Origin: a virus
Lineage: Duplodnaviria; Caudoviricetes
Reading direction: 5' to 3' (one strand)
Virus record (IMG/VR): IMGVR_UViG_3300020050_005097
Coordinates: 1 to 64,000 of that record
Length of the DNA: 64,000 nt
Shown: positions 25,252-34,918 of the stretch, one piece after another
Layout: each line of letters begins with the position of its first letter
Numbering within the stretch: position 1 is the first letter of the stretch
Program-made: the position numbers and the translations under genes
Notes under the pieces: model-generated
The model's input: the letters and a program-made list of their open reading frames with translations, nothing else
Database searches by the model: none
What the model was told of the DNA's origin: nothing

Positions 25252-25470
25252 CTACAAATGACTTGGTTGAACTTGCGTTTCACTGATTGTACGGCGGATG
25301 ATGCGATACTTCACATCAGGGTTTGCTGCGCTCATGCGTTTGTAGGCAGCTTCAACTGGCCTTGGATTATCACAACCGACGGAATCAAACCAGATGGGTT
25401 CGTTTTGTACAGTTACTCCACCATACCTTTGAAGTTTGTAGGTGTTTACCGAACTGATCTCTATGGCCAT
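25252..25470 (-). CDS. Hypothetical protein
   Basis: TAATG coupling. Confidence 0.55.
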   Translation of the reverse strand: MAIEISSVNTYKLQRYGGVTVQNEPIWFDSVGCDNPRPVEAAYKRMSAANPDVKYRIIRRTISETQVQPSHL

Positions 25471-25763
25471 TACCGAGCCGGACCGATCAAGTCGTGAGGG
25501 CCACCCGTACGAGGACCCTTGGGCACGGCCACACCGGTCTTGACCTCCACCAGCTCGGGCGCATCGAAGGTGAACTCCGCGGGCTCACCAGTGGTCTTGT
25601 TCACGCCACGAAGGCATACACGGAGACACCCGTGCTTGTAGAAGAACATTGCCTGGACCGAACCCTCAAAGCCGGAGGCGGGGTCCTTGTACGTCTTGCC
25701 GAACTCGATCTTGTGCGCGTCGAGCTGGTCGATGATCTGCTTGCTAGTTTCGTTACGTCGCAT
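25470..25763 (-). CDS. Conserved phage hypothetical protein
   Basis: GKTYKDPASGFEGSV...YKHGC; AAGGAG RBS. Confidence 0.65.
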   Translation of the reverse strand: MRRNETSKQIIDQLDAHKIEFGKTYKDPASGFEGSVQAMFFYKHGCLRVCLRGVNKTTGEPAEFTFDAPELVEVKTGVAVPKGPRTGGPHDLIGPAR

Positions 25764-26007
25764 TATTGCTCCTTAATTAGGTGGTTTACGTTTCAATTCA
25801 GTGACGATGGTTACAATCCGTATCATTCGAAAATCCGGATCGTCCTTTACCCGTTCATACGAGCCTTCGATTAACGCAAGGTTCTCTGATTCGGCGGTGC
25901 ATACCCACAATTCTTCATTGTAGTTTTCGTCCGGGTCCATCCATCGTTTTTGGATTTGGTATACAGGAACTTCTTCTGCTTCTGACGTAGTGTATTGAGC
26001 CGCCATG

Positions 26008-26262
26008 TCACATCTTCGGGAATTGACTGTCAAGCTGCACGAACTCGACACACTTCTGACACAAGGGGTGGTTCTCCGGATTGCGAGAAGGAACCCAGGT
26101 GTACCCGCACAGGGCCGTAACGGGAGTACCCATGACTCGGGCTTCCATCACGACTGCCGGACCGGATTTGTCTTTCGTGCCGGGGACGATATGACTGAGA
26201 ATCGGTTCGTCCGTGTCCAGCACCTCTTCGGTTACTGGTCGGTTGTCTAGTTGAGTGGTCAT
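26008..26262 (-). CDS. DUF3039-like zinc-binding protein
   Basis: HIV...MGTPVTALCGYTWVPSRNPENHPLCQKC. Confidence 0.7.
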   Translation of the reverse strand: MTTQLDNRPVTEEVLDTDEPILSHIVPGTKDKSGPAVVMEARVMGTPVTALCGYTWVPSRNPENHPLCQKCVEFVQLDSQFPKM

Positions 26263-26505
26263 TAGGCTCCTTCCAGCCAACGGTCGCCCCACCAAATTGC
26301 TCGGATGAACATATAGACGAGGATTCTTGATTTGCCGGGGCTGTATCGTCCGTTCCAGCCGTAACCATCGTGATCGTATATCATTACAAGGTCCCTTCTA
26401 CCCATAATTGACCCCACCAGACGTAGCGAATGAAACGCACGACATACAGCGCCGACTCCAGAGGTCCGCAGCGCCCGTTCCAAATTGCTACGTCTGCTTC
26501 CTGAG

Positions 26506-27006
26506 TCATCCTTCGGCTCGCAGTGCTTTCAGGAATGTCATGGCTTTTGCTCGATTTTTGAACATTCCAATATCATCCCACATTTTTTCTAGTCCATCAA
26601 GTTTACCCTCTGGATCGGAATACCTAGACATGACTATGATTCGGTTTCCTTTTCCATTTCTCATGCTGTATTGCCAACGTGGATCTTGGCTAACAACATC
26701 TTGCCGATCACCGCCGATGGACGTAATCTTCACTCCACTAAGAAGCTCTAGCTCTAGGTTAATGGCAAGGGTCGCATCTCTGGCTTGAATGCAATGAGGA
26801 CACCCGCGCGGGTCGTACAACATCTCAGTAAGAGAGGTTGGGTCAAACCTATACCCACAGAAAGCGGTCATCATACGTTCGTTACGAAGAGAAAACTCGT
26901 AATTATTGATGAGGTTATCGTCCGTGTCAAGGAAGAAGCCCCAGAAGTAATGCCTATTCAGACGAATGATGAGATTCTTGTTTTGGACGTATCGATCGAG
27001 GCTCAC
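26506..27006 (-). CDS. Protein with internal DUF3039-like module
   Basis: TAFCGYRFDP...GCPHC. Confidence 0.55.
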   Translation of the reverse strand: MSLDRYVQNKNLIIRLNRHYFWGFFLDTDDNLINNYEFSLRNERMMTAFCGYRFDPTSLTEMLYDPRGCPHCIQARDATLAINLELELLSGVKITSIGGDRQDVVSQDPRWQYSMRNGKGNRIIVMSRYSDPEGKLDGLEKMWDDIGMFKNRAKAMTFLKALRAEG

Positions 27007-27470
27007 GAATACATCCTAAGTGACGGAAGTACAGCTTCCAAATCACTGCGATGGTTATAGGAGGCGATGTCTTTCCAAGCCACCTCTGTACCACGATGAG
27101 AAAGACCATCTTCGTCGCAATAACGACGCATCAACACACACGTGGTAGAAGGACCAGAACGAAACGCGTAGTAGTACCGAGCACGCTCATTATACGGAGC
27201 CGGCTCTGGTTCGGGCCCCGCCTTGCATTCACTATCCTCGGGCAGTTCACAGAGAGCCTGATGGATGGCTTTGGCGATGTGGCCACACTTTGGGCAGGTA
27301 TCAAAACCAGAATCCGGGTTACGCATGAGGTTTTCCCCACAGATAGATACCAGCGGGACGTTTCTATTTGCTACTTCGACAAGAAGCCATCCGCCGGGGG
27401 TCATTACCAAGTGTCCTCGGTGTCTGACTAGATATGGAGGTTCCGAACCGTCGTTTAGGTATTCACCCAT
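27003..27470 (-). CDS. Protein with N-terminal DUF3039-like module
   Basis: GHLV...PLVSICGENL...TCPKC. Confidence 0.55.
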   Translation of the reverse strand: MGEYLNDGSEPPYLVRHRGHLVMTPGGWLLVEVANRNVPLVSICGENLMRNPDSGFDTCPKCGHIAKAIHQALCELPEDSECKAGPEPEPAPYNERARYYYAFRSGPSTTCVLMRRYCDEDGLSHRGTEVAWKDIASYNHRSDLEAVLPSLRMYS

Positions 27471-27694
27471 TACTTCTTCTCCTTCTTTTTGAAAGCTCCT
27501 GGGTTAGCATCCAAACATTCGGGACACGGCTCACCAGTGAGATATTCGAGGGATTCGGGCATCCACTCATCGCCACAAATAGCAACCAAAGGCGTCTCGG
27601 TCTCGATGGAGTGTTGCACCATTTCGACAGAGCTGCTGAATTGACTACCGTTTTGTGGGTAACAATGCACCACTTGACCGTCGGGTTCCATCAC
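27470..27694 (-). CDS. DUF3039-like zinc-binding protein
   Basis: VVHC...TPLVAICGDEWMP...PCPEC. Confidence 0.6.
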   Translation of the reverse strand: MMEPDGQVVHCYPQNGSQFSSSVEMVQHSIETETPLVAICGDEWMPESLEYLTGEPCPECLDANPGAFKKKEKK

Positions 27695-28075
27695 TTCTTC
27701 TCCTTGAGTGGGTATAACAGGAAGAACCGCTTTCGCTTCTTCGGGTACCTGTGCTTACGCTTGAGCTTCCGGTCCACCGCGTAGAACAGATCGCAACTCA
27801 GACGATGACGTCCATGCTTGGCCCCGCAGGTGCACTTCGGCTTGATACTTAGCTTCTTCACTGTGTGATCTCCTCCGGTGGTGGAAGGTTGTCAAGGCGT
27901 AGAGCTGGAGCCGCTTGCAACGCCAACCGCGTTTCGGTAACTACCTCGTACAATGCCGATCTAACGTGTCCAAGATGTTCATCGGCAGATTCCATGACAT
28001 GGGCAACGATTGTATCGGCCCAAATATCCGCGGGCAGTTCGAACTCAAGCTCAAGCTTGTATGTCTTGATTTTGC

Positions 28076-28327
28076 TCACTTTCGCTCCTCGGGGTCGTGG
28101 CAGATGATGCAGTCGTCGTGGCAGGGGTCTTCCAACGAGTTGTAGATGCAGAACTTCGTTGGGCTGTCGGGGCAGGGCCAAGTTCCGAGAATCAGCGAAA
28201 AGGCGCTGACGTTGTATTGGTCGGCCAACCTTTCGCGAAGTTCGTACTCAGCCGCAAGCATCCTTGATCGGGCGGAGTTTATTTCTTTCCTGGCGTCCGC
28301 AATTTTCTGGACTAGCTCTTCGTACAT
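28076..28327 (-). CDS. Hypothetical Cys-rich protein
   Basis: WPCPDSPTKFCIY...CIICHDPEERK. Confidence 0.6.
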   Translation of the reverse strand: MYEELVQKIADARKEINSARSRMLAAEYELRERLADQYNVSAFSLILGTWPCPDSPTKFCIYNSLEDPCHDDCIICHDPEERK

Positions 28328-28558
28328 TGGTACAGCTCCTTTGATTAGTGGCGAGGATGCGGGCCTTCATACCCAGCAAGTTCGTAGTAGGTGTCCAGGT
28401 TGTAGTCCGGACGGTGCTTGTGGATCACCTGAGCAACTGCAATGATGTCATCACGAAGCTGAACGGTGTAGAACTGCCGGTTATCAACAATCAAAAACAT
28501 GTTCTTGATTGTGTTTTTCTGTCTATAGAACGCTCTTGCCAGATCGTTGATCATCTCA

Positions 28559-28867
28559 TCAGTCATTGGAATCCTCCCACAGCACAGAAGGGTGCTCGAC
28601 GACGAGATCCGTGTTCGGATACAAGCCGAGATTGGTCTCACGCCACCCGGTTGTCTGTCCGAACCGATCCACCTGTGAAAGACGAGCCATGAGAGACCCG
28701 TCGCAATCCTTGTCGTATCCGTCGATCTTGAACACGCAGACGATATAGGAACCCACGGGCTCGGGTTCAACTCCGTCACGTCGGATTACGCGGATGCCTC
28801 CGGCAACAGCTTCGGTTCGGAAGTTCTCTTCTTCTTCCGTGATTTCTCGCACTGGGCGAATGTTCAT
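28559..28867 (-). CDS. Hypothetical protein
   Basis: Start-associated motif upstream. Confidence 0.65.
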   Translation of the reverse strand: MNIRPVREITEEEENFRTEAVAGGIRVIRRDGVEPEPVGSYIVCVFKIDGYDKDCDGSLMARLSQVDRFGQTTGWRETNLGLYPNTDLVVEHPSVLWEDSND

Positions 28868-29520
28868 GAGTACATCTCCTTAGTTAGGTGATTATGCTTT
28901 TCGCTTGCGCTGGGCTTTCTTAGCCCGTTCCTTCTCGACGAACGCACGCTTGTTGCGCTTGCGGTGCTTGCTCTGATTCAACCGCACTTCACGCATGTGG
29001 CCGTCTTCTGGAATATCCGGGTAGTGCTTGGTGGTTCCGATTCGCTTGCCGTATGAGGCTCTGTCTTCAAGCTCGTCCACCACATCTTCATAGTCTTCCC
29101 ATGCTCCGTCAATCATGTCACAACCCCTCACTAGACATCAGCAACTTCACGAATAGGTCAACCGCATCCTGACGGTTTGTGATCTTGATCCGGCATGGCG
29201 CTGGCGAGTTAATCTTGGCCACGATTTCGTAGTACACCACCCGGTAGGGATCAAATTTAGTGACCTCGTTAAGAGTCACCTTATCTGACTTCATGATCAG
29301 TTCATCTGACACAGGCGCGCCCATCAGTACTCATCCTCCTGGATCATGCCGTAACCGGGCTCACCAAGAAGCCACACATGACCAAGACAGGCCACCTCGT
29401 TTTCCTTGCCGTTGTCAATGTTGGTACCGACGAACATCGGAACCTTCATACACTTGTGGTTGTTCGCACAACAACGACGCTTACTAGCTTCACTTCGCAG
29501 CATTTTACAGCTCCTTTGAT

Positions 29521-29847
29521 TTAGTAGGTCAACTCGTACGCTTTTGCTTCTGCTTTGATTACGTCCCACGGTTTATGGAACGATATTTCTAGGGCGTTTT
29601 GCAGAGGACTGATACTCTCGTGCCGACCATTTTGATCGTACCAGTACTCTCTAGCTTCAATTCGCGCCAATCCTCCGTGTAAAACAAGAAGATGCAACGT
29701 GTACTCATGGTGTATACCCCATCCGTATACATCCCAATACGAATTCACAAATCGGAATTTCTTGTCTCGGAAGTCTACGTCATGGGCTCTGCACCAATGA
29801 CGAAAAACAACCATATTTTCCGCAACTACAAGAACAACCTCATCCAT
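29521..29847 (-). CDS. Hypothetical protein
   Basis: AAAGGAG RBS directly after the large structured RNA. Confidence 0.6.
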   Translation of the reverse strand: MDEVVLVVAENMVVFRHWCRAHDVDFRDKKFRFVNSYWDVYGWGIHHEYTLHLLVLHGGLARIEAREYWYDQNGRHESISPLQNALEISFHKPWDVIKAEAKAYELTY

Positions 29848-29858
29848 TACTACTCCTT

Positions 29859-30730
29859 TGTTTGCATTCTTAGCAGGGGGCACGAGAGAAAGCGCCTCGG
29901 ACTATCCGATATTTAACGCAGGGCGTCTACATGAGTTCTCTTTGTGATACATGCAATAAGAGTCCTACCTCCTATCAGGTTTCGGGAGCGCCTCCAATTG
30001 GAGGAACCACATGGTGTAGGAACCAGTCTCCCTATACCACCCCTGCTAAAAATACAAACAGCGCCGGAGCAGAGCCAAAATCTACTAACCCAATTCGAGG
30101 AAAGGATTCCTGTCATGAGGTGCATTCGATTCTGACTCTGCTCCGACACTAGTGTTTGTGGGGGAACGGCCCGGTAGCTCCGTTCATTACATGAGAGTGT
30201 ACCCGACACACATAGTGCGCCTGTTCCGGGTAAAAGGGATTGCTCTCAAAACCCTTGTTTCTGAAGCAGTACTTTATGCCGACGTTCGAACTAACTTCGA
30301 ATCCGCAGATAATCTGTCAAATATAAGACCGGTAGCTGCACGTTCTTATACTTACAGATCGACGCCCACACAAATGGCTCTTTCGAGGTTCAGAAACGAT
30401 TCCAACCGCGTGCTTCTGCATTTAGCCACGGGTTAGAATAGAGCGATGAGCGGGTACCAGAGTTCTCCTATACTCAGCTGGTATAAGTCTCCCTCTGGCC
30501 CCATCTCTCACCATCACTCGCTGATCACGCTTCCAACATGATCACTAGGTTTCCGACTGGAAGTTGTCGGTCGCCTCGGGTCCCTTACGGGTAACGCCAC
30601 GAGCTGGTTTTTTGTTTAACCCGCAGATTGCCGTACACACCCGGACCCCAGAAGGACCGCGGGGGCGAGTCATCCTCGCTCAATCTGTCGTTGCCGTCTT
30701 TTCCTTGACGTTCTACTTAGTGGGGGCCGG
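29859..30730 (-). ncRNA. Candidate large structured ncRNA locus (~0.9 kb)
   Basis: No credible minus-strand ORF. 21-bp helix 29859-29879/30040-30060 and 18-bp helix 30065-30082/30128-30145, whose only non-Watson-Crick pairs are G-U on the minus strand; GNRA hairpins at 30378-30387 and 30582-30591; many nested helices. Confidence 0.7.
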
Positions 30731-30860
30731 TGTGGTATCCATCCGGCATTACATGAGGCTAGCCTCGACCACTTGCTCGAAGTCCACGACGGTATGCGTG
30801 ACCTCAAAACCCACTAACGCTCTGAGCTTAAAGCCTCTTTAGCCTCGCTCAGACGAGGTA

Positions 30861-31085
30861 CTACCGTACTACTGCTGCCGACACTGTGTCGTTGTGGCTT
30901 GGAGGATGAGCCGGCGAGTTCATGTATGTCATCGTGTAGTCCGACGTGAACAACCCACGCTTCTCGCCTTCAGCATGAAACACCTCCACATCTGCCTTTG
31001 TGTCGAACGGGCCGTACGTGACCCACTCTTTGTCGTGAGGCCATGCGCTTCCGGTTCGCTGGTTGGTGGTCATTACGATTTGCAT
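30861..31085 (-). CDS. Hypothetical protein
   Basis: AAAGGAG RBS before MQIVMTT. Confidence 0.55.
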   Translation of the reverse strand: MQIVMTTNQRTGSAWPHDKEWVTYGPFDTKADVEVFHAEGEKRGLFTSDYTMTYMNSPAHPPSHNDTVSAAVVR

Positions 31086-31547
31086 GACTCTCCTTTGTTT
31101 GGTTACTTGGCCTTTTCCTTGGTGAAATCGAAGGACGATGGATCCGCAGACCCATGCGACAACCTTCATTGTTTCTCCTTTGTTTGGTTACTTCTTCTTT
31201 GAATACCGGTGATAGAGCATACCGCCATCCGGGTTTTCCTCGCTGACGATGATGTCTTTTCGGAAAGCCGAATAGCCAACGGTTATTGCACCGATGACCC
31301 CTTTGATGATGTTGATCGGACGAATTCGAAACAGTTTCATCCGTCGATCCTGTTCAGCTGACTCGCGTAGACCACGACCTCGAAAACGTGCAGCGGGTCG
31401 AAGTTATTTCCGTCCGAAGATTCGTTATAGCTAGTCGCCATTTCGGAAGCATACGTCTTGGACACGAACGGAATACTACAAATTGCGACGTCTGCGGTCT
31501 TTCCTACGAAATACAACTTCATTGCTTTCTCCTTTGTTAGGTGAATT

Positions 31548-31820
31548 GCTTGCGAAATTCCGGTGGCCTGACTTATGACCAGACTGTACTCGAACGGATC
31601 TCATGAGCAGTATGGACTCGTATAGAGACTGTGGTAGCACCGGAAACCAAGTGGGACGCCGGGCTTGGTCGTTTAATCCATCTAGATAAGCGCGATGCTT
31701 TTCAATGCTAGATGTGATCCCACAAATATAACTGGTGAATGCGCCTATGTAGTGTCATCACCCAAGCCGACTCGCGGCTTCCGAATGGCGGTCGCATTCC
31801 TTACCGACACTTGACCAGTT
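31548..31820 (-). ncRNA. Candidate pseudoknotted ncRNA (~270 nt)
   Basis: Stem 31730-36/31814-20 encloses crossing helices 31737-43/31793-99 and 31751-56/31806-11; also CAUCUAG/CUAGAUG and UUCCGGUG/CACCGGAA. Confidence 0.55.
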
Positions 31821-31823
31821 AGA

Positions 31824-32408
31824 TCAACTCTGCATTGCTGATCGAACCGTGGCCTCGTTGATACCGAAGTGTTCGGCGATCTCACGGTTGTTCTTCCCGG
31901 CGAGGTGCATGGCGGTTGCCTCCTGAGCGAACTCTCGGTAAGCTCGATCAGCAGCGTTGTCGTACTCGCCCGGGTTGTCGAGCATGTCCACAACGGTCGG
32001 ATCGAGACCTTCCGAGGCGTTGGACGAGACGGCGTAGTACCGAGCGCCCTCCAACGGCTGCTTCTCGTTGATCCACTCGCTTCGGAGATGACCCTCATTC
32101 TTCAAGGCAGTCTGCGCAGCGTTCCACAACCCAGAGGTCAAGACCAGTCCGAATCGCTTCTCGATCTCCTCGATGATCTCCTGCTTGTTGAGACCAGGCG
32201 TGTCTCGGACCACCGCCAGGATCGCTTCTCGGCGCTTCTTCGTGTCCTCGGGGGTCGAGTAGGCACGCTTGTCCGTCGACCGATTTCCCTTGGGCTTCTT
32301 CTCGGTACTCGACACCTTCGCGTCTCCGAGAATCAGGTACTGCTTGCCATCGATGACCACGATCTTCTCAGGGACGATCTCGATCAACTTCAGGTTCAAC
32401 TGCGTCAT
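31824..32408 (-). CDS. Winged-HTH protein with C-terminal HTH (paralogue A)
   Basis: ILAVVRDTPGLNKQEI...; GKNNREIAEHFGINEATVRS. Confidence 0.7.
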   Translation of the reverse strand: MTQLNLKLIEIVPEKIVVIDGKQYLILGDAKVSSTEKKPKGNRSTDKRAYSTPEDTKKRREAILAVVRDTPGLNKQEIIEEIEKRFGLVLTSGLWNAAQTALKNEGHLRSEWINEKQPLEGARYYAVSSNASEGLDPTVVDMLDNPGEYDNAADRAYREFAQEATAMHLAGKNNREIAEHFGINEATVRSAMQS

Positions 32409-32431
32409 TACTTGTCTCCTTTGGTAGGTTA
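32361..32431. repeat. 71-bp perfect direct repeat (second copy 32886-32956)
   Basis: Covers RBS and first codons MTQLNLKLIEIVPEKI of both paralogues. Confidence 0.92.
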
Positions 32432-32483
32432 ACTTACTTGCGAAATTCCGGCGGACTGATGACCAGACGGTGCTCGATCTTCG

Positions 32484-32933
32484 CTATACCCGTGATCCGA
32501 ACGGCCCGAGTGCTTGGAACTCGATCTCCTCTTCCTCGGCGAGAAGTCGCTCCAGTTCGGGGTCGCCCGGCGAAACGAAGTAGTACCGGTTACCGGAGAA
32601 CTTGTCGGTCCCGTTGATCCGCTCCGCTCTGATCTTGCCTTCCTTCTGGAGCTTGGTCTGAGCAGCGTTCCAAAAGCTTTCGGCGAGGTTGACTCCGTGC
32701 TCACGCTCCATGGCTTCGATCACACCGGTCTTCTTGATACCTGGGTTTCGTCGGATGATGTCCAGGATCTTGGCTCGTCGATCTGTGGCTTCCGCGTCCG
32801 CAGTGATGCTTCGACCACCATTTGGCTTCGTGTTCTTGATCGTGACATCGTCGAGGATCAGGTACTGCTTTCCGTTGACGACGATGATCTTCTCAGGGAC
32901 GATCTCGATCAACTTCAGGTTCAACTGCGTCAT
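32484..32933 (-). CDS. Winged-HTH protein (paralogue B)
   Basis: Same N-terminus as paralogue A; ILDIIRRNPGIKKTGV...WNAAQTKL. Confidence 0.7.
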   Translation of the reverse strand: MTQLNLKLIEIVPEKIIVVNGKQYLILDDVTIKNTKPNGGRSITADAEATDRRAKILDIIRRNPGIKKTGVIEAMEREHGVNLAESFWNAAQTKLQKEGKIRAERINGTDKFSGNRYYFVSPGDPELERLLAEEEEIEFQALGPFGSRV

Positions 32934-33696
32934 TACTTGTCTCCTTTGGTAGGTTATTGACACGTAGTGGGTTAGGTGGTGCACCACCAATTCCGCAAGC
33001 TCCACAGACGGGGGAACATCTGCTTCAGCACCATTATTGGAACTGTCCCCACTACCGCTCTGAGCCTAAGTCCTGCTTTAACGTCGCTCAGACGACGAGT
33101 CGGCTTCCATAGCCAATGCTCCCTTCAGCATTAACCCAAGAGTGTACGTGGTCATTGGCTTTGACCAGGTGACCATCTCTTGATCTAGACCGGGCCCGCA
33201 ATTGAGCACGATCATTTCGGAGTCGACTTGCGTGGCTGGTACTGAGTACATCAGCTTGGTAGCTACCCAGTCGACACACGCCTTGAAGTCCTCATCCATG
33301 AGAACCCCTTTTGGTTTTCCTTTAGCACTCTCGTGCCGGAATTGTTTAATGTACTGCAAGAAAGTGGTGGCTGATGATAGTCTATGCTCTTACGCTACAT
33401 TCAGTTGGAAACCAACCTTAGTGTCACTACATCATCACTTACGTTCCGGCTCAAGGCCTTATCCGGAAACCACCGTTACTACCGATTGTTCAAATGCTTG
33501 ACGAGGGCCTTTACTTCTTCTTCGCCAGCCGGATTCCAGCTCGATCCGTTATTCGGAGAAATGTACTCCGAATGAAGTTTCCACCGCTCTGGAGGGTAAT
33601 CGTTCTGGCGGTCCCGTTTGATGATTAGGTACCGAGTCCCGATATCGGTAGAGGACTTTGGCATCTGGATGAATGCGTACTCAAGGTCTTCGCCCA

Positions 33697-34254
33697 TCAG
33701 AACTTATAGTCCGGAAGCCGAAACGGGTGGTCAAGTCCATCGGGCGCAAACATCCAGTTGGCGAGAATCGACGCGGTACGACCGTTTCCATCTTTGAAAG
33801 GATGGATCCAGAGGAACTGCTTGATCCAAATGTCGATGTCTGTTCCGCGATCCCTCGAGTCCTCAATGAACAGATCGGGGATGTTATCGAGAAGTTGAGC
33901 CATGGCGTACGGAACGCTCTGGGGGTGACAACTCGGCCCGCCACTTTGGAACACCACGGGGGTGCTCCTATACGACGGTTCCATTCGATTGATGCGGAAC
34001 TCTAACATACCCCGAACTAAACAATTGACACGAAACAGATCGTTCATGTCGAACTGCTGCGCGAACGGCTCGTTCTTCCACGGAATGTCCTGCATATACA
34101 GAACCGCCCTGGCCATCCCGACCACCTCGTCAGCGTCTGCCTTCTGACGCTTTACTTCGCTACCAATCCATGTCAACTGGCGAATGGATATGGTTTTCTC
34201 CTCTACTGACTGTGTCACGACAGACCCCTTTCCGGGTTCCCGATCTTCCAACAC
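33697..34254 (-). CDS. Fic/Doc family protein (putative AMPylase)
   Basis: Canonical WIHPFKDGNGRTAS motif. Confidence 0.85.
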   Translation of the reverse strand: MLEDREPGKGSVVTQSVEEKTISIRQLTWIGSEVKRQKADADEVVGMARAVLYMQDIPWKNEPFAQQFDMNDLFRVNCLVRGMLEFRINRMEPSYRSTPVVFQSGGPSCHPQSVPYAMAQLLDNIPDLFIEDSRDRGTDIDIWIKQFLWIHPFKDGNGRTASILANWMFAPDGLDHPFRLPDYKF

Positions 34255-34513
34255 ATGCGCATGACCCAGCCAGTAACACCGGACTGAGGGTCGAAGTCGG
34301 CGATCTTTCCGCCGAGATTCCAGATGATCTTCTTCATAATGCCTCCTTGATTAACGTCGGGCGCCCTTGAGAAGGAACGCGGCGAATGAATCTGCGGTGC
34401 TCTCCACTTCCATTTGCGTGGACAGGCGCGCGTTGGGGGTCAGAGAGTCTTGGTCGTGATGGAACTGGATTGCAAGCACCAGCGCCCGATCTCGAATCCT
34501 TGCGATTTCCGTG

Positions 34514-34918
34514 CTATCCATTGCGCTTCCTTTCAGCAAGCACGAGACAACTCGTGGCAAGCTCAATTAGTTCATCTGGGGACATTTCGATTTCGGTGAT
34601 GATCTCGAGTTGACCACCATCGCTTTTCTCGACAACAGCAACGCCGAACCGACCGTCAGTATTGCTCCAGTCAGCAACCTTGGTGCCAGGCTCGCATCGC
34701 CGATTGAACATCTTGATCGCTGTTTGAAGGTCGACGCGGTTCTCGTCCATGATTTCCTTGACGGCTTCGATCTTGCCCTTACTTGTGTTTGCTTGGGCTC
34801 GAGCGATTTCCGCCTGACACTGTTTGCAGCCAATACCAGCACTGCAACGAGCAACCAACCGTGGTCGTTCGCCTTCGACTGGAGTGCCCGGGATTTGATG
34901 ACCGTGTGTGGTATACAT
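34514..34918 (-). CDS. MYTTHGH-module protein 1
   Basis: MYTTHGHQIPGTPVEGERPRLVARCSAGIGCKQC; AAGGAG RBS. Confidence 0.7.
   Translation of the reverse strand: MYTTHGHQIPGTPVEGERPRLVARCSAGIGCKQCQAEIARAQANTSKGKIEAVKEIMDENRVDLQTAIKMFNRRCEPGTKVADWSNTDGRFGVAVVEKSDGGQLEIITEIEMSPDELIELATSCLVLAERKRNG

Noticed and set aside
29859-30060. 21-bp long-range inverted repeat as retron a1/a2 arms or a DGR element
   Set aside because: No reverse transcriptase (YxDD) ORF and no TR/VR pair with A-specific mismatches was seen in the window
30065-30145. Hammerhead ribozyme (CUCAUGA-stem-CGAA)
   Set aside because: Core is CUCAUGA/CGAAU rather than CUGANGA/GAAA, and stems I and III do not form; kept only as part of the large RNA candidate
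30280-30310. TTCGAA T-loop-like words as an extra tRNA
   Set aside because: No acceptor, D or anticodon arms can be formed
29890-30500. Group I intron (GAGACU and GAUAGUCC resemble R/S elements)
   Set aside because: Matches are partial and far apart, no interrupted host gene flanks the region, and P3/P7 could not be built by eye
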